Of a DNA stretch of 64,000 bases, positions 33,751 to 46,200 are shown piece by piece; position 1 is the stretch's first letter, and each line of letters opens with the position of its first letter. Source of the stretch: Antechinus flavipes. Its lineage: Eukaryota. Position numbers and translations under genes: made by a program. The notes beneath the pieces were generated by a model. That model was not told where the DNA came from. It searched no databases and saw only the letters and a program-made list of their open reading frames with translations. The DNA is taken from NCBI RefSeq assembly GCF_016432865.1, contig NC_067399.1, positions 258,974,001 through 259,038,000 of the forward strand. Direction: 5' to 3'.

Positions 33751-35141
33751 AAGGTTTGTTTGATTCTTATTTGTAGGTAGACTACTAGCATGATGCTTGT
33801 CCAAAATTGTGTTACATCAGTTCATCTTAAGGGATGTCTCCTGCTTCATGCTAATTAGTAGGCTTTCATCAACCATCTCCATTGAGAGATGTGGCTTTCT
33901 ATGTCCTCTCCATCTTTTGTCCTCAGCACAAGTCAGTAGGTAGACATGGCTCTCATCCAAATGCTGCCAGGTCATCGAGTTCACTTTTATAGACCAACCC
34001 AAAGGTTATTTCTGCTCAAGAGAGTATATGCTCAAGAGAGTGTATACAAGAGGGTGCATGGGATGCTAAATTTGAGTCAAGAAGCCTTGGGTTCATTTCT
34101 GACATTTACTAGCCATGTGACCATGGAGAACTTAATTAATTTCTCTAAAGCTCAGTTTCTTTATCTGTAAAATGAAGCCATTGGACTTACTGATTTCCAA
34201 GGTTCCTTCCAGCTCTAAGTTTATGGCATAATCTTGAGGCTGTCCCAGACACTGAAACCCATCCCTTAGAAGGCATGTAGGACTGGCTCCAAACCAACCC
34301 AATTTATTTTGGAGGCTAACCCAAAATCACTAAGACTGAATCAGGTATTGTCTTTTTTTTTCTTTTAAGGTGCCTTACCTCTATGGAGAGAGGATATTGT
34401 TATTCTTCTTGTTCAGTTATTTCTGTTATATCGACTCTTCATGACCCCATTTTGGGGTCTTCTTGGTAAAGATACTGTAAAGAAAGAGAATTTACTTCTC
34501 CAAGTCATTTTGACAGATGAAGAAACTGGAGCACAGACAATTAAAAATTTGAAACAGAGCTCCTCTAGTTGATTAGTGAGCCTTCCTGATCAGTCTTACA
34601 TTTTATATATTCATATATTCTACATTCCAACAAATGAGACCATTAAATATATTCCCTAATCTTTTCCTAGAGTTTTCTGTCTCTGTGAATTTAATAAGGT
34701 TCCCCACCTTTTCCAGCTCTCTCTGACATGATCTGGTTTCTCAACTTCATCTGTCAAAATCCCTTATTTCTTTGAATATTCATCTTAAATGTACCTTCTC
34801 CATGAAGTCTTCACTCATTCCCTTGATGAAAGTGGTCTTTTCTAACTCAAATTTACTTAGACTACTTTGTCTGAATCTCTTTCTTGAACTTACCACATTC
34901 TCACTAATCTCATATTTATATGTATTGTATTGTAAGTTCCTTGGGAGCAGGAGCTATCATTTTTCATATTTGCTTTCCTATTGCAGAACACAATTATGGT
35001 TATAGCCATGAAAGCTTTCCCCTTCTTCCTTTCCTTTGAACTCTTTAAATAAAGTGGACAATACTTGGCCAACTATGCTAGTTATCTTTCTCAAGGTTTC
35101 CAGTGGCTAGCAGGGGGCAAGTCTGGGTAATCATGGGGGAC

Positions 35142-35143
<2 letters not shown>

Positions 35144-35188
<45 letters not shown>
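35144..35188. repeat. (GT)22 microsatellite in intron 7
   Basis: Direct read. Confidence 0.95.
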
Positions 35189-35191
<3 letters not shown>

Positions 35192-35332
35192 AAAGGGAAG
35201 GGGGGAAGGAAGAGAAAAGATGGGAAGGGGAAGTTACCCAGGAGGTGGTTGATGCCAGAGATAGGATTAAGGCTGATGCTAGCCTATAACTGAGCTTTCC
35301 CTTATTCACTGTTCTGGCCTGGTCTTCCACAG

Positions 35333-35419
35333 TTGGACCCTAAAGTTATCTCAGAAAGTGCCACAGGAAATGTGACCAACAGCATCATCAAGCGATGGTG
35401 TGTCACCAGGGACGAGGTG
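35333..35419 (+). CDS. SLC34A3: SLC34A3 exon 8: LDPKVISESATGNVTNSIIKRWCVTRDEV
   Basis: 87 nt; acceptor gtcttccacAG, donor GTG|GTAAGG; conserved LD..SATGN.TNS.IK.WC. Confidence 0.93.
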
Positions 35420-35860
35420 GTAAGGATACATCCCAGGTCACAAACAGACCCCTATCTCCCATATATCATAGATCAAAGAGAATCCACTTCCCTCAAGGTT
35501 CCTCTAAACCAAGGTCCTTACCTTGAGGTTCGTGAACCCCTAGATTTCAGGTGGTCCATAAACTTGAATGAGAAAAAAATTGCATCTTCTTTTTCATTCA
35601 TCTCTAATTGAAAATTTCATTTTTCTTTCAATTTAAAAATGCCATTTTGAGGGGAAAAAATTTAACCAGATTGCCACAGTTCATCCTGGCTCTGACCCTG
35701 GACCCCTCCTAATATAGCTCTTGCTAACTTGACCCTCTGACTCCAGAACTCTCCTGAGATGCCACCTTATGTACCCTTACTCTCCCAGTATTGCCCCCTG
35801 ACATTCCTAATCCAAGCCTATGATTTCTAAGCCCTTTTGTGACCCCTGACTCTAACCCAG

Positions 35861-35978
35861 AATGTGGAGACCATACCAGTGAAGAACATGAGTGAATGCA
35901 TCATGCAGTCCTGCTTCCCTTGTGGAGTCCAGCTTTGCCTAGAGAAGAACATCACAAGCACGGTCTACGTGGAACGCT
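35861..35978 (+). CDS. SLC34A3: SLC34A3 exon 9: NVETIPVKNMSECIMQSCFPCGVQLCLEKNITSTVYVER-C
   Basis: 118 nt; phase 0 in and phase 1 out join exons 8 and 10 correctly; donor GCT|GTAAGA; C.EKN.T resembles human exon 9. Confidence 0.88.
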
Positions 35979-36070
35979 GTAAGAGATGTTCCTCTCTAAA
36001 CTTCTCCTCGACACCTCCCTGCTGGCCTGTTCCTTCATCCCCAGCCCAATCCTTGTGACCATCTCTTTAG

Positions 36071-36238
36071 GTCACCACATTTTTGTGGGATCGTCCCTCA
36101 CTGACCTGGCCATTGGCTTCATCCTCCTGGCTGGCTCTCTACTTGTCCTCTGCAGTGGCCTGGTCCTCATCGTTCGCCTCCTCAATTCCGTCCTTCAGGG
36201 TCAGATTGCCCAGGTCATTCGAAAGGTCATCAATGCTG
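36071..36238 (+). CDS. SLC34A3: SLC34A3 exon 10: [56 protein letters not shown]
   Basis: 168 nt; AG/GT boundaries. Confidence 0.97.
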
Positions 36239-36801
36239 GTGAGGGGGAACTGGGATTGGAGGGGAGGGCAGTTGGGCAGGTACTGTCCAGGAGGAGAACA
36301 CAAGGGGGAAAGATGAGGTTTGGAGGAAGTTTAGGAAGCGTGATATATTGGCAAGAATATAGGACTTTCTGAGTCAGGAGATGTGGAAGCTCTCTGCCAC
36401 CAAATCTATTCTGTGAAGTTGGGAAAGTTACTTGACTTCTCTGAGACTCATCTGTAAAATGATGATGATAATAATTAAACTATCTGTATTGAAGGATTTT
36501 GGTGAGAACCAAAAATAATAATGTAAAAAACATCATAAACCCAAGGAACAATGTCAGAAATTATTAATATCATTATTGCTACTAATATCAGGAATTTTTG
36601 TTACTAATTTTATAAAAGTGGGTATTCTCTGAGGCTCATTTAGCATCGTTTACAAAATGAGGAAAATACTAGTTACACTAATTATCTTACAGGACTACTT
36701 TTAGGAAAGAGCTTTATAAACTGTAAAGTGCTATATAAATTGCAAATTCTTTTAATTTTTTTATAATCACTATGGTATATTCTTCCTCTTGATCCCTGCA
36801 G

Positions 36802-36918
36802 AATTCCCTTTCCCCTTTGGATGGCTCAGCGGCTACTTGGCCATTGTGGTTGGTGCTGTTATGACCTTCGTGGTCCAGAGTAGCAGCGTATTCACTGCTG
36901 CTATCATTCCCCTGATAG
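36802..36918 (+). CDS. SLC34A3: SLC34A3 exon 11: [40 protein letters not shown]
   Basis: 117 nt; second QSSS repeat; AG/GT boundaries. Confidence 0.97.
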
Positions 36919-37587
36919 GTAAGAGAAGATGTCTCACTGTGACAGTGATGGCATTTGGGATGGACTGGGAGAGACATGTGAGATGCTGGCTCAATTCAAT
37001 TTAGTTTAGCTCATTATACACTTACTAAATGCCTATTATTTATAAGACACTGTACTAGATGCTAAGGGTAGGAAGACAAAAAAGTCAGCTTCTGCCCTCA
37101 AGAGCTTACTTTCTATTAAGGAATTACAACACTGTTACAGATTTAAAAATTCAAGAAATTTGGTGGAGCACTAACAAATAGAAGTGAGTAGGTGAAAAGG
37201 CAGGGAAGTCATCAGCATAGGTTTTATCTGGGAACTGAGTTGAACCTTGAAGGGAAATAAGGGTTCAAATCCTTTGCTAAAGGGGTGAGGAAGGAAGGTG
37301 ATATAAGGAACTTGAGGAAAGAAAATGTGGTTTTCAATAACCATGGAGGGGGTAACAGAGAATTAATAAATGAAGAATAAAAAGGTTGTCATATTGTAGT
37401 GAAAACTCAGATGTGATTGGGTAATATATATTTCTAGTCAACTCAGTACTTTTTGTGACCTTCTGTGATTTCTCTTTGTGATTTTCTCCAGTACATTATG
37501 AATAGGAAGAGAAAGATAAACCCAGGTATGGGATTTGGCAAGGTATAAATGTCAATAGAACAAGAGCATTAAGAATGGGTCCAAGTC

Positions 37588-37742
37588 TGGGACAGCTAGA
37601 TAGCACAGTGAATAGAGCACCAGCCCTGGAGTCAGGAGGACCTGAGTTCAAATCCTGCCTCAGACACTTAACACTTCTTGGCTGTGTGACCTTGGACAAG
37701 TCATTTAACCCCAATTACCTCAGCAAAAAAAACAAACAAAAA
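37588..37742 (+). mobile_element. Young full-length CORE-SINE (WSINE1-like) with a perfect 17-bp TSD
   Basis: aagaatgggtccaagtc at 37571-37587 and 37743-37759; B box gagttcaaatc; A-rich tail. Confidence 0.93.
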
Positions 37743-39495
37743 AAGAATGGGTCCAAGTCAATGAAGAAAGGAAAGAGAAAGCAATCCAGGAGTTTTGATT
37801 TAACAGACAATGAGCGATAAAGAAACTGAAGGATGTAGTGAGAGTGAAGAATGGATGCAGAAGGAGGCAAAGGTAGGTAGAAAAAGATGGGAGATCATGA
37901 TCAGAGAGGAATCTCAAGATTTCAAGATCATGGAAAAAGCACAATAAGGGGTATTGAATAAATGATTCTTGTTATTGAATTGAATGGCTAAAATTTGTTC
38001 CTCCCTGTAGGTGATTAAGGTAGAATGAAGATAAGGTAGAATGGAAACTGAGAGAATTAATGATCTGGGATGCCAGGATATTTAAAGCGACATTAGGATT
38101 TATATTGAAATCTCTAGTTATGAGGACAGACATTGGAGTAGAAAGAAAGACTGATCCAGGTACTGAAGTCCTTGAGAAAGTAAGGTGAATGACCCAGAGA
38201 TTGATTGATGGGTGACTGTGACCAGGTTCTGGGCAAAGTGATATAAATAAGAATCAAAACATTAAAAGGAGAAAATGTAGCTGAGTGATGATGTGAAAGA
38301 AATAATGACGTCCAGAAGAAATAGTGAGATCAGTGAGATGTAATAAGTTTTTTTTTTTCTTTTAAGATTAAAATTCCCTCTTTTGTCTGTCTAGGAATAC
38401 TTGTAAATCTGATTCCTAACACTATCAGTCCAGAAGTTTAACATGCTCAGTTTTTCCCATTGAGCCCCTTTCCCACTCTCAGCCTAATGTCTTTCTGTTC
38501 CTGAGATCTCATTAAATTGGTACCAGGCTTAATTAATCCCATTAGTATGGACTTTAGTCCTATTGTAATTTTAGACCTCTTATACTCAAGCAATCAAAAG
38601 AATCACATTCCTCACTAATAGGGACTACAGGCCTGCACCATCACACTCAGGTGCAAAGATTACTCTCTTATTGGTGGGAAATTTGAAAAAAGACAACCTA
38701 ATATTGGAAAGGGTGACCAGGGAAACAATGATTTAGAAAGGGCCCAAGTTGGAGGCAATGTAAGAGGAACATGTATAGAATAAAGTGATAAAGCAAGAGT
38801 TCTAGATAGCACAATGTAAAGTGAGCACTCCAAAAATATGGTATTATCTTGTAAGACTAGCTTCATGAGTGAGGAAAGTTATGAAAAGGTTTGGGCTGTG
38901 TATGTGTATATTTTGCTATAGTGGGAAAAAATCAAATAAGAGATAGATTTCTTGCTTGGGTGAATGGGGTGAAATCAATGATAGAGAAAACAGAGCTACT
39001 TAATTATTTTGTTTCTGTATTCTCTTCCAAGAAAAATAATGATCTTTGGACAGGAAAAATGATGAGTAGGTGATGCCCCTGATAAGTAGGGAGATAGCAA
39101 GCTTACCTACTGCCCTTGATGTGTTTCAGTCACTTGGTTTTGATGAGTAATAATCTGGAAAGAATAAGATATGGAGAGAGTGAAAGCTATCATTGAAGTA
39201 GGGAAGGCCAAGGGTCATCCTGATTTTCAAAGAAAGGAAAGAGGAGGGATTCTACAAACTATTGGCAATTGGCATGACTTAAATTCCAGGCAAAATTATA
39301 GAATACATTTTAAAAGGGAAAAACCTAGAAAAGGAAGCAACGATCACAGAAAGCATGGTTTTATCATGAACAGGTTTTGCCAAGCTATAAACTAATTTCC
39401 TTTATGGCAGAATTAGGAGAATTACCTCAGTTTTAGCAAAGTATTTGAAAAAGTGTCTCATAATATTTTTTTGTGGAAAAGATTGAGATTCACAA

Positions 39496-39817
39496 TTGGG
39501 ATTCTTAACTTTTTTTATATCATAGACCCTTTTGGCAGTCTGGTAAAACCTATAGATTCTTTCCTACAATAATGTTTTGAAATGCATAAAATAAAATATT
39601 TAAGATTATGGAAGTAAGTAATTAATCTTATCTACAATTTTTTTTTATGTTTATTTTCTTTCCTGAGACAATTGGGGTTAAGTGATTTGCCTAGAGTCAC
39701 ACAGATAGGAAGTATTAAGTGTCTAAGGTCACATTTGAACTCAGGTCCTCCTGACTTCAGTACAATTATTTAAAAAAATTTTTTTTCAGTTCATAGGCTT
39801 CAGGTTAAGAATCCTGG
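39496..39817. mobile_element. hAT-Charlie-type MITE carrying an antisense CORE-SINE (39640-39760)
   Basis: Inverted ends gggattcttaac/gttaagaatcct; SINE flanked by tacaatt at 39633-39639 and 39761-39767. Confidence 0.6.
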
Positions 39818-39909
39818 AGATAAAAAGTACAGTCTATTGGATCCAGAATTGGTTGAATGACTAGATCCAAAGAGATTCCATCAATGTGGGGAAGATATCT
39901 AGTGGAGGG

Positions 39910-41400
39910 TCCTCAGTGCCTAGAATTTGCTGTAGAATGTTCTCTCTTTTTTCTCTGATGATTAGCTTTGTATTTTCAGAGTATATCATTTGGGGTTGCA
40001 ATTTTGGATCCTTTGCTTTTTGAATGTTTCCAATGGTGTCAGACTTAAAATAAAAACAGATCCCTTAAAATTACATATTGACTTAGAAAACCACAAATAA
40101 CATTATTATTATGTATAGTATTTTTATTTATTTTGTTAAACATTTTCCAATTATTTTAATTTGGTTGGACTGGGCTTTGGAGTTTTGTTGGCCTACAGGC
40201 TGAAAGTTTGACACTTCTCTGCTAAACTATTTCTTCCAAGTATTTCTAGAGGATATACAATAACTTCGAATTATTTGAACTTCCTGTCCTTTATATTTGA
40301 AGGTCTTTATCTTGGTCATTATAGAATTTATTTGTCATTAGAATTGTTCCATTTGACCAATATAGGATTTGGTTAGTTTGGTTTTCTGGAGACAATTTGT
40401 CTTTTAATTGGTGCTTTGTTTTCTGTATTTTCTTTTGGATAATTTTTTTTGCATTATTTCCTTTATGATAATGTTCAGTCTTTTTTATTTGTCATATTCT
40501 TTTGGGAGACCTATGATCCTTTAGTTGTTTCTGCGTATTCTGTCTTCAAGGTCAATAACTTTGGCTTTGTGTAGAGATCATGTATTCTTTTAATGTGGTT
40601 GTCTTCTCTTCTCTTTTGCCAGATTTTTCTCCATTTCAGTATTCCTTCATCCCAAATTTGTTAGATCTTTTTTGCTTCCTTGAAGAACTTTTCTGTTGTG
40701 AAATTGAGTATTTTATTGTTTGCATTGAAAGCTAAAACTTCTAGCATATATTAATGCCTAATTTCTTCTCTAATAGATTTTATTTCTCTTTTTGAAAAAT
40801 TCTGGAGTTTCTTGTTTTGGTTCCACAGAAGCAGCTATATTGTGCAATAGATAGAGCACTGAGCTTAGAGTCAGAAGACCTGAGTTCCAAATTTGTCTCA
40901 AATTCTTACTATCTATCTGTAGGATCCTGGGAAGGTCACTAATTTGCTATCTGCCTCAGTTTTCTCATCTCTGAAATTGAGATAATTTGCTCTTGCCTCC
41001 TAGAATTGTCAGGATAAAATGAAGCAATAATTTTAAAGTACTTTACAAACCTTAAAAAACTATATAAAAGCTAACTTTTATTAGTTAACTATCATTTGTC
41101 TTACAATATTTAGAGAAGTCTGTAATGTCTTTGAGGGTTTAAGTCTTCATATTTCCTTCTAGTTTTAGATTCCTTTCTATTAGGTTTTCTTCTTAAAATC
41201 TTTGTTATTTTAGCCTTTCTTTTTATATTTCCCTGCCATCTATGTTCTTATTCTTCTCCCTTTCCTGGAGGTTACATTTCTGGGGCTGAATTACAAAACA
41301 GTCTTGGTATCCTTTCACATAGGGTGAACTTAGATTTCACTGGCTTGGTCTCTGCCTTAGAGAGCCTTATGGTCCTGAGTTCCTTACTTGGCCCATCTCT
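39910..41400 (-). mobile_element. Old L1 ORF1-region remnant (antisense)
   Basis: T-rich L1-like text (ttcagagtatatcatt...ggagacctatgatcctttagttgtttctgcgtattctgtcttcaaggtc); interrupted by a MITE and a MIR-like SINE. Confidence 0.55.
40031..40221 (+). mobile_element. hAT-Charlie-like MITE
   Basis: Inverted ends ggtgtcagact/agtttgacact; internal catattgacttagaaaaccac...ttgttaaacattttccaatt; a reverse-complement copy lies at about 56240-56425. Confidence 0.55.
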
Positions 41401-43244
41401 TTGTTGGCCAAGCTGAATCAACACCTTCCATTTTCAGCAGGTACAGAGGAAGCACTTAGAAAGTAGTGCTCTTTCCCTCTTTCCCTTACCTCCTCCTCCT
41501 GTATTGGGAGAGAATGGGATTTGAGGTGGTTGGAGTTGGGCAGGAGGATGAGATGTACCAGAAGTCTGCAGTAAAAGGGGATTCTGAAATAGGCTGCAGA
41601 TCCAAGCCTGTGGATCAGGTCAGTTTGTCTGCCCTTGCTGGAAGGGCAGAGGTTTGGCTTTAAAGGTGAACATTTCCAATGCTCATACATAGGGATTTTT
41701 TTTTATCATGTCAAGGTTTTCTCTTTTTTGTCATGTGGGTCTAGTTGTAACTTCTGTATACCTGATGCATAATTACTTTTTTTTTTTTTTTTGAGAATGA
41801 GTGGAGACTGAAGAAAATGTTCAGTTTTGCTATCCTTTTGGTTTCATGACCAGAAAGTTGTACCTTTGCTTTTTTTTTTTTTTAAACATTTTCCCAATTA
41901 TTTGGATAAAGAAATGGATGGCCTGTTCAATCACATTTACAGAGGGTTCTTCAAGTTGAGAAGAATGGCTAACACATTGAATGAAAACGTCAGGGTCCAA
42001 AAAATCCTGACAGACAAGAACACTGAATCAAATCTAAAAAGATAAAATTCAAGAGAGGTAAATGTAAAATATTCAGATAGCTAGGTGATACAGGGGATAA
42101 AGCTTGAGCTTAGAATCAGGAAAGCTCTCATATTCCAGAGTTCAAACCTAGTCTTGGCTACTTGGCTACTTACTGGCTGTGTAACTCAGAACAAGTCACT
42201 TACTCCTATTTGCCTCAGTTTTCCCATCTATAAAATGAGTTGTTTACAGAAGGTACCCCTTGTAAGACAAGGACTTTTGGAGTAGGATTAAAAAAGCATG
42301 GGGGAAGCCCATAAATCAGGTGACCTTCCTGGTCCAATTGAATTATGTTCAAAACAAGTTTCTGTCATTTTAAAAATTCTCTTTTCTGTTATAAAACTCA
42401 CCTCCATAAATCACTTGGGGTCTCTGACATTTGAAGAGCCAGGTGACCTGATTTGGTCTGCAAATGCTAGCTTTGCAAGTTAAATCACAGATGCTTCATT
42501 AAAAAAAAAAAAAAAAAAAAGAACTGGGAGTGCTTACCCTGGAGAAAATAAGACTTGGGGGTGGAGGTGGGCACAATAGCTATCTTCAGGTATTTGAGCT
42601 GTCATGTGGAAAAGGGATTATTAGACTTGTTCTGCTTGAGTGCAGGCCCCAGAGTTCAAAACTAGGACTCTGTAGAGGAAAAATTAGGCCTGATGTAAGG
42701 GAAAATAGTTACCAATAGTTATAATTAGTAAAAAATGGAATAGGCTTGGGACGTTTAGGTGGTGGATAGAACAATGGCCCTGGAGTCAGGAGAACCTGAG
42801 TTCAAATACAACCTCAAACAAATGTGTGACCCTGACAAGTCACTTAATCCTGATTGCCTGCAAATTTTTTAAAAAATGAAATGGGTTATTGTAGGAAATA
42901 ATAGTTTCCCCCTTAATGAAAGTCTTTAAGTAGAGGTACTTCTTTTGAGGTATGTTATAGAAAAAATTTTGTTTACATATAAGTTGAATTAAATGGCCTC
43001 TGAGATCTCTTCCAAGTCTAAGATTCTGGGGCAGTAATTCTTAACTATAGCAATAAGTTGAGTAAATGACTGATATTCCCACCAACAAGGATCTTATGAT
43101 GAAGAAAAGTGGCAGAGAGGAGATTTGGTCCAGAATTTGGTTAGGAAATAGTGTGATGGGGTCCTCAGAACCCTTCTGAGCTCACACTTCCTTTGTCTCA
43201 TCCCGAGACAGTATGCAGTGATGCACACACAGAGTAGTCTGAAT

Positions 43245-46200
43245 CTTGTGATTGCAGAATTTGAGGGTTGGAATGGACTGCTGTGGTTATGCACAACTAA
43301 AGAAAGAGAGCCTTCTACCTCTCAAAGCAGCTGCTGTTTGGAAGCTTTTTTTTTTTTTTTTTTTTTTTTTTAACTTTTCAGGTCTAAATTTGCTTCTTTG
43401 TAACATCCACCTACTACATGTGGTTCTGCCCTCTGGGCCAAACAGAGCAAATCCAATAATCCCCTTTCCACATGACAGCCCTTCAAATATTTGAAGACAG
43501 CTATCATGTCCTCTCCCATTTCTTCTTTCTCCAAGCTAAACATTTCCAGTTCCTTCCAACAATGCTCAAATGATATGACCTAAACCCTGGTTTACTGAAG
43601 TTGTTTTGTACTAGTTTTCTTTCTGTGGACATTATGATTTATCAATATACTTAAACTGTGGCAAATAAAACGTAATACAGTGCTACTTCTGATCAGAGCA
43701 GAGACTACCAATTTCTTCTTCTTCTTCTTCTTTCTTCTTTGCCAACTACTTAATGCAGCACAAAATTACATTTTTTTTGTCTGACATTATATTACTGACC
43801 TACATTTTGAGCTTGAAGTCCATTAAATTCTCTCTTTTTTTTTTCATTAAATTCTCAAATATCTTTTACTTTTTAAAATACATGCAAAGATAGTTTTAAA
43901 TATTTACTTTTGTAAAATCTTGTGTTCCAAATTTTTCTTCCTTCCTCTCCCCCTCCTCCCTCCCTTAGACAGCGAGTAATCCAATATAGATTAATATGTG
44001 CAAATCTTCTAAACACCAAATATCTTTTAAGCAAACTTCCATCTAACTTAATACTTTCCTCACCTTTTACTTATAGTATATAGGCTTTGAGCTACTTTGC
44101 CAAATCACATTTGTTCTAGTTGGTCAGATCCCCAGAGTGAGCCTACCAGAAAGAGAGGTGGTACCTTGTATTCATAGCAAGATGAGGAAAGAAGGCAGAT
44201 ATCAGCAGGAAGCAAGCCGCCACAGCTACTAATAGAGCTGCTACCTCTCTCCCAACCTTGAAGCTTATAGCAGGTATTTTTTTTTTTTTTGCTTTTTTGA
44301 CATTTGAAAAAGAGTTTATCAATTAATATCCAGACTTTTATAGATATATTCAATTCTGGCTCAGTATCCAACTGAAAGACTTTTTGTTTGTCATCACACA
44401 CTAAGCAAACAGCAAACATCTAAGCGGATACCTGTGCAAGACAATTAAGTAGTAGGTCCTCCTGATTTTAGGATCATCACTCTACCCATGGCCCCATCTA
44501 GCTGCTCTATATATCTGTGCATACTTTGGAACAAGAATGGATGCCTTTGTTACACTTGTAAAAGTAAGCTTACTCCTAGTAAGTCAAACAGAGATATATT
44601 TTGTGCTCTAAGAATTTAGTCTTTGGAGCTTACTTATGAAATTTATTTTTTTAAATACTAAAATGTAAGATTTTCCATTTAACCTTATTGAATTTCATCT
44701 AATTAGACTAGCCCAATACTCTAGCCTATAAAGAGCTTATTGGATCCTGACACTCTTTATTTATTGTTTTAGCTATGCCACCCATTTTATGTCAAGTATA
44801 GTTATTAAACATATCTTTGCTATTCAAATCATTGATTTTAAAAAAATATTAAATAACACAGGACCAAATACAGATTCCTGGGCTGCTACATTGATGTTGA
44901 CCACAAACAACTACTCATTTAATTGGTTCTCTAATTTGTTCTGAGTCACCTAATTTTATTATTGTCTAGGTCACACCTCTCCACCTCACTCATAAGAAGA
45001 GTAGGAGTGAGGTATTTTATTCAAAATTTTAATAAAATCCAAGTAAACTCCAGCTACAGGATTTTTCTCATCTATCCAGTTGGTAATATAAATGGAAATT
45101 AGATCAGTCTGACATAGCCTGTTATTGAATAAACTATTCTCTGTATACAGTTACTGTATTCAGTTGTCCCTCTCTTAATATTAGTTCATTATCTGTTTAA
45201 TGACTTCCTACAGAATTTTCCCCAGACACAATGTCAATCTCATTTGGCTATAGTTTGAAGATCATTTCCTTCTTTTTTTTGAAAATCAGAAAACCACTTG
45301 CCTTTCTCCAATCCTATAGTTTTTCTTCTGTTTTCCATGATTTTTCAAGTATTATTGACCTTGGTTCAGCAATCACACTTGTCAGTTCTTTCTGTATCTA
45401 AAGATGTTATTCATCTGGACTAGATAACTTAAATGTATCAAGGACAACTAGGTATACTAGATATTAAATCTCCTTACTTATCTTGGATATTAACTCTGTT
45501 AGCTATTTTGGTCTATCATTTCCAGTGCAAAGGTTATTTGCCTTGGCAAAGAAATTAGAATTGAGCAACTCTGCTCTCTTGTTAGTTTATCATCCTCCCA
45601 TCCATTCTTTGATGCGCTTTTATTTCTCAGTGTAGTTTTCTTCAGCTTTTCCCAAATCTAGAGAGTACATTAAACTATACCCACATTTCCTCTCCTCTAT
45701 CAAATACTCTGAGAGAGTAATCATTTTCTTCATCTCCCTATTGTTCCCACCCCAACAACCAGTTCCTTCCTTCCTGTTAGTAAGAATTGGACCCAGAATA
45801 AAATTTCCCCTCATTGATTCTTCCAAATTTTGTTTTTTGAGTTTTTCTGTTTTTGTTTTCCTCCACATTTTGAAGGATGAAATTATCTCTAAAGCAAGTT
45901 AAGAAGTTATTAGCTTCTCTGGATTCATCAGGAGAGAGAGATCCAGTAGAAGTCGTCTGGATCATTTAAGTTCCCTGTCACTACTATATTCTACATTTGT
46001 GCCAAATTTTTAATCTGTTTCCCAAACTCATTATCTATTTATTCTTCATTTCCAGGTAACCACCAGGTTACAGGCCAGGTGGCCTGTAGTATATACTGCA
46101 ATGACCAAATTACTTCTGGTTTTCCTGCTATTAAAGGGAAATCACCCAAATACTCTTTATCATGCTTCCTTCCTCTGGAATCTGGATTTCTTCACATACC

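Larger units (their letters stand above)
38690..43028 (+). mobile_element. Fragmented CR1/L3 (ORF2 to 3' end), interrupted by younger elements
   Basis: EKTELLNYFVSVF (38891 ORF; CR1 EKAELLN.FFASVF); RT-region text at 39.2-39.5 and 41.9-42.07 kb; 3' end ...gcctctgagatctcttccaagtctaagattctg at about 43.0 kb. Confidence 0.75.
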
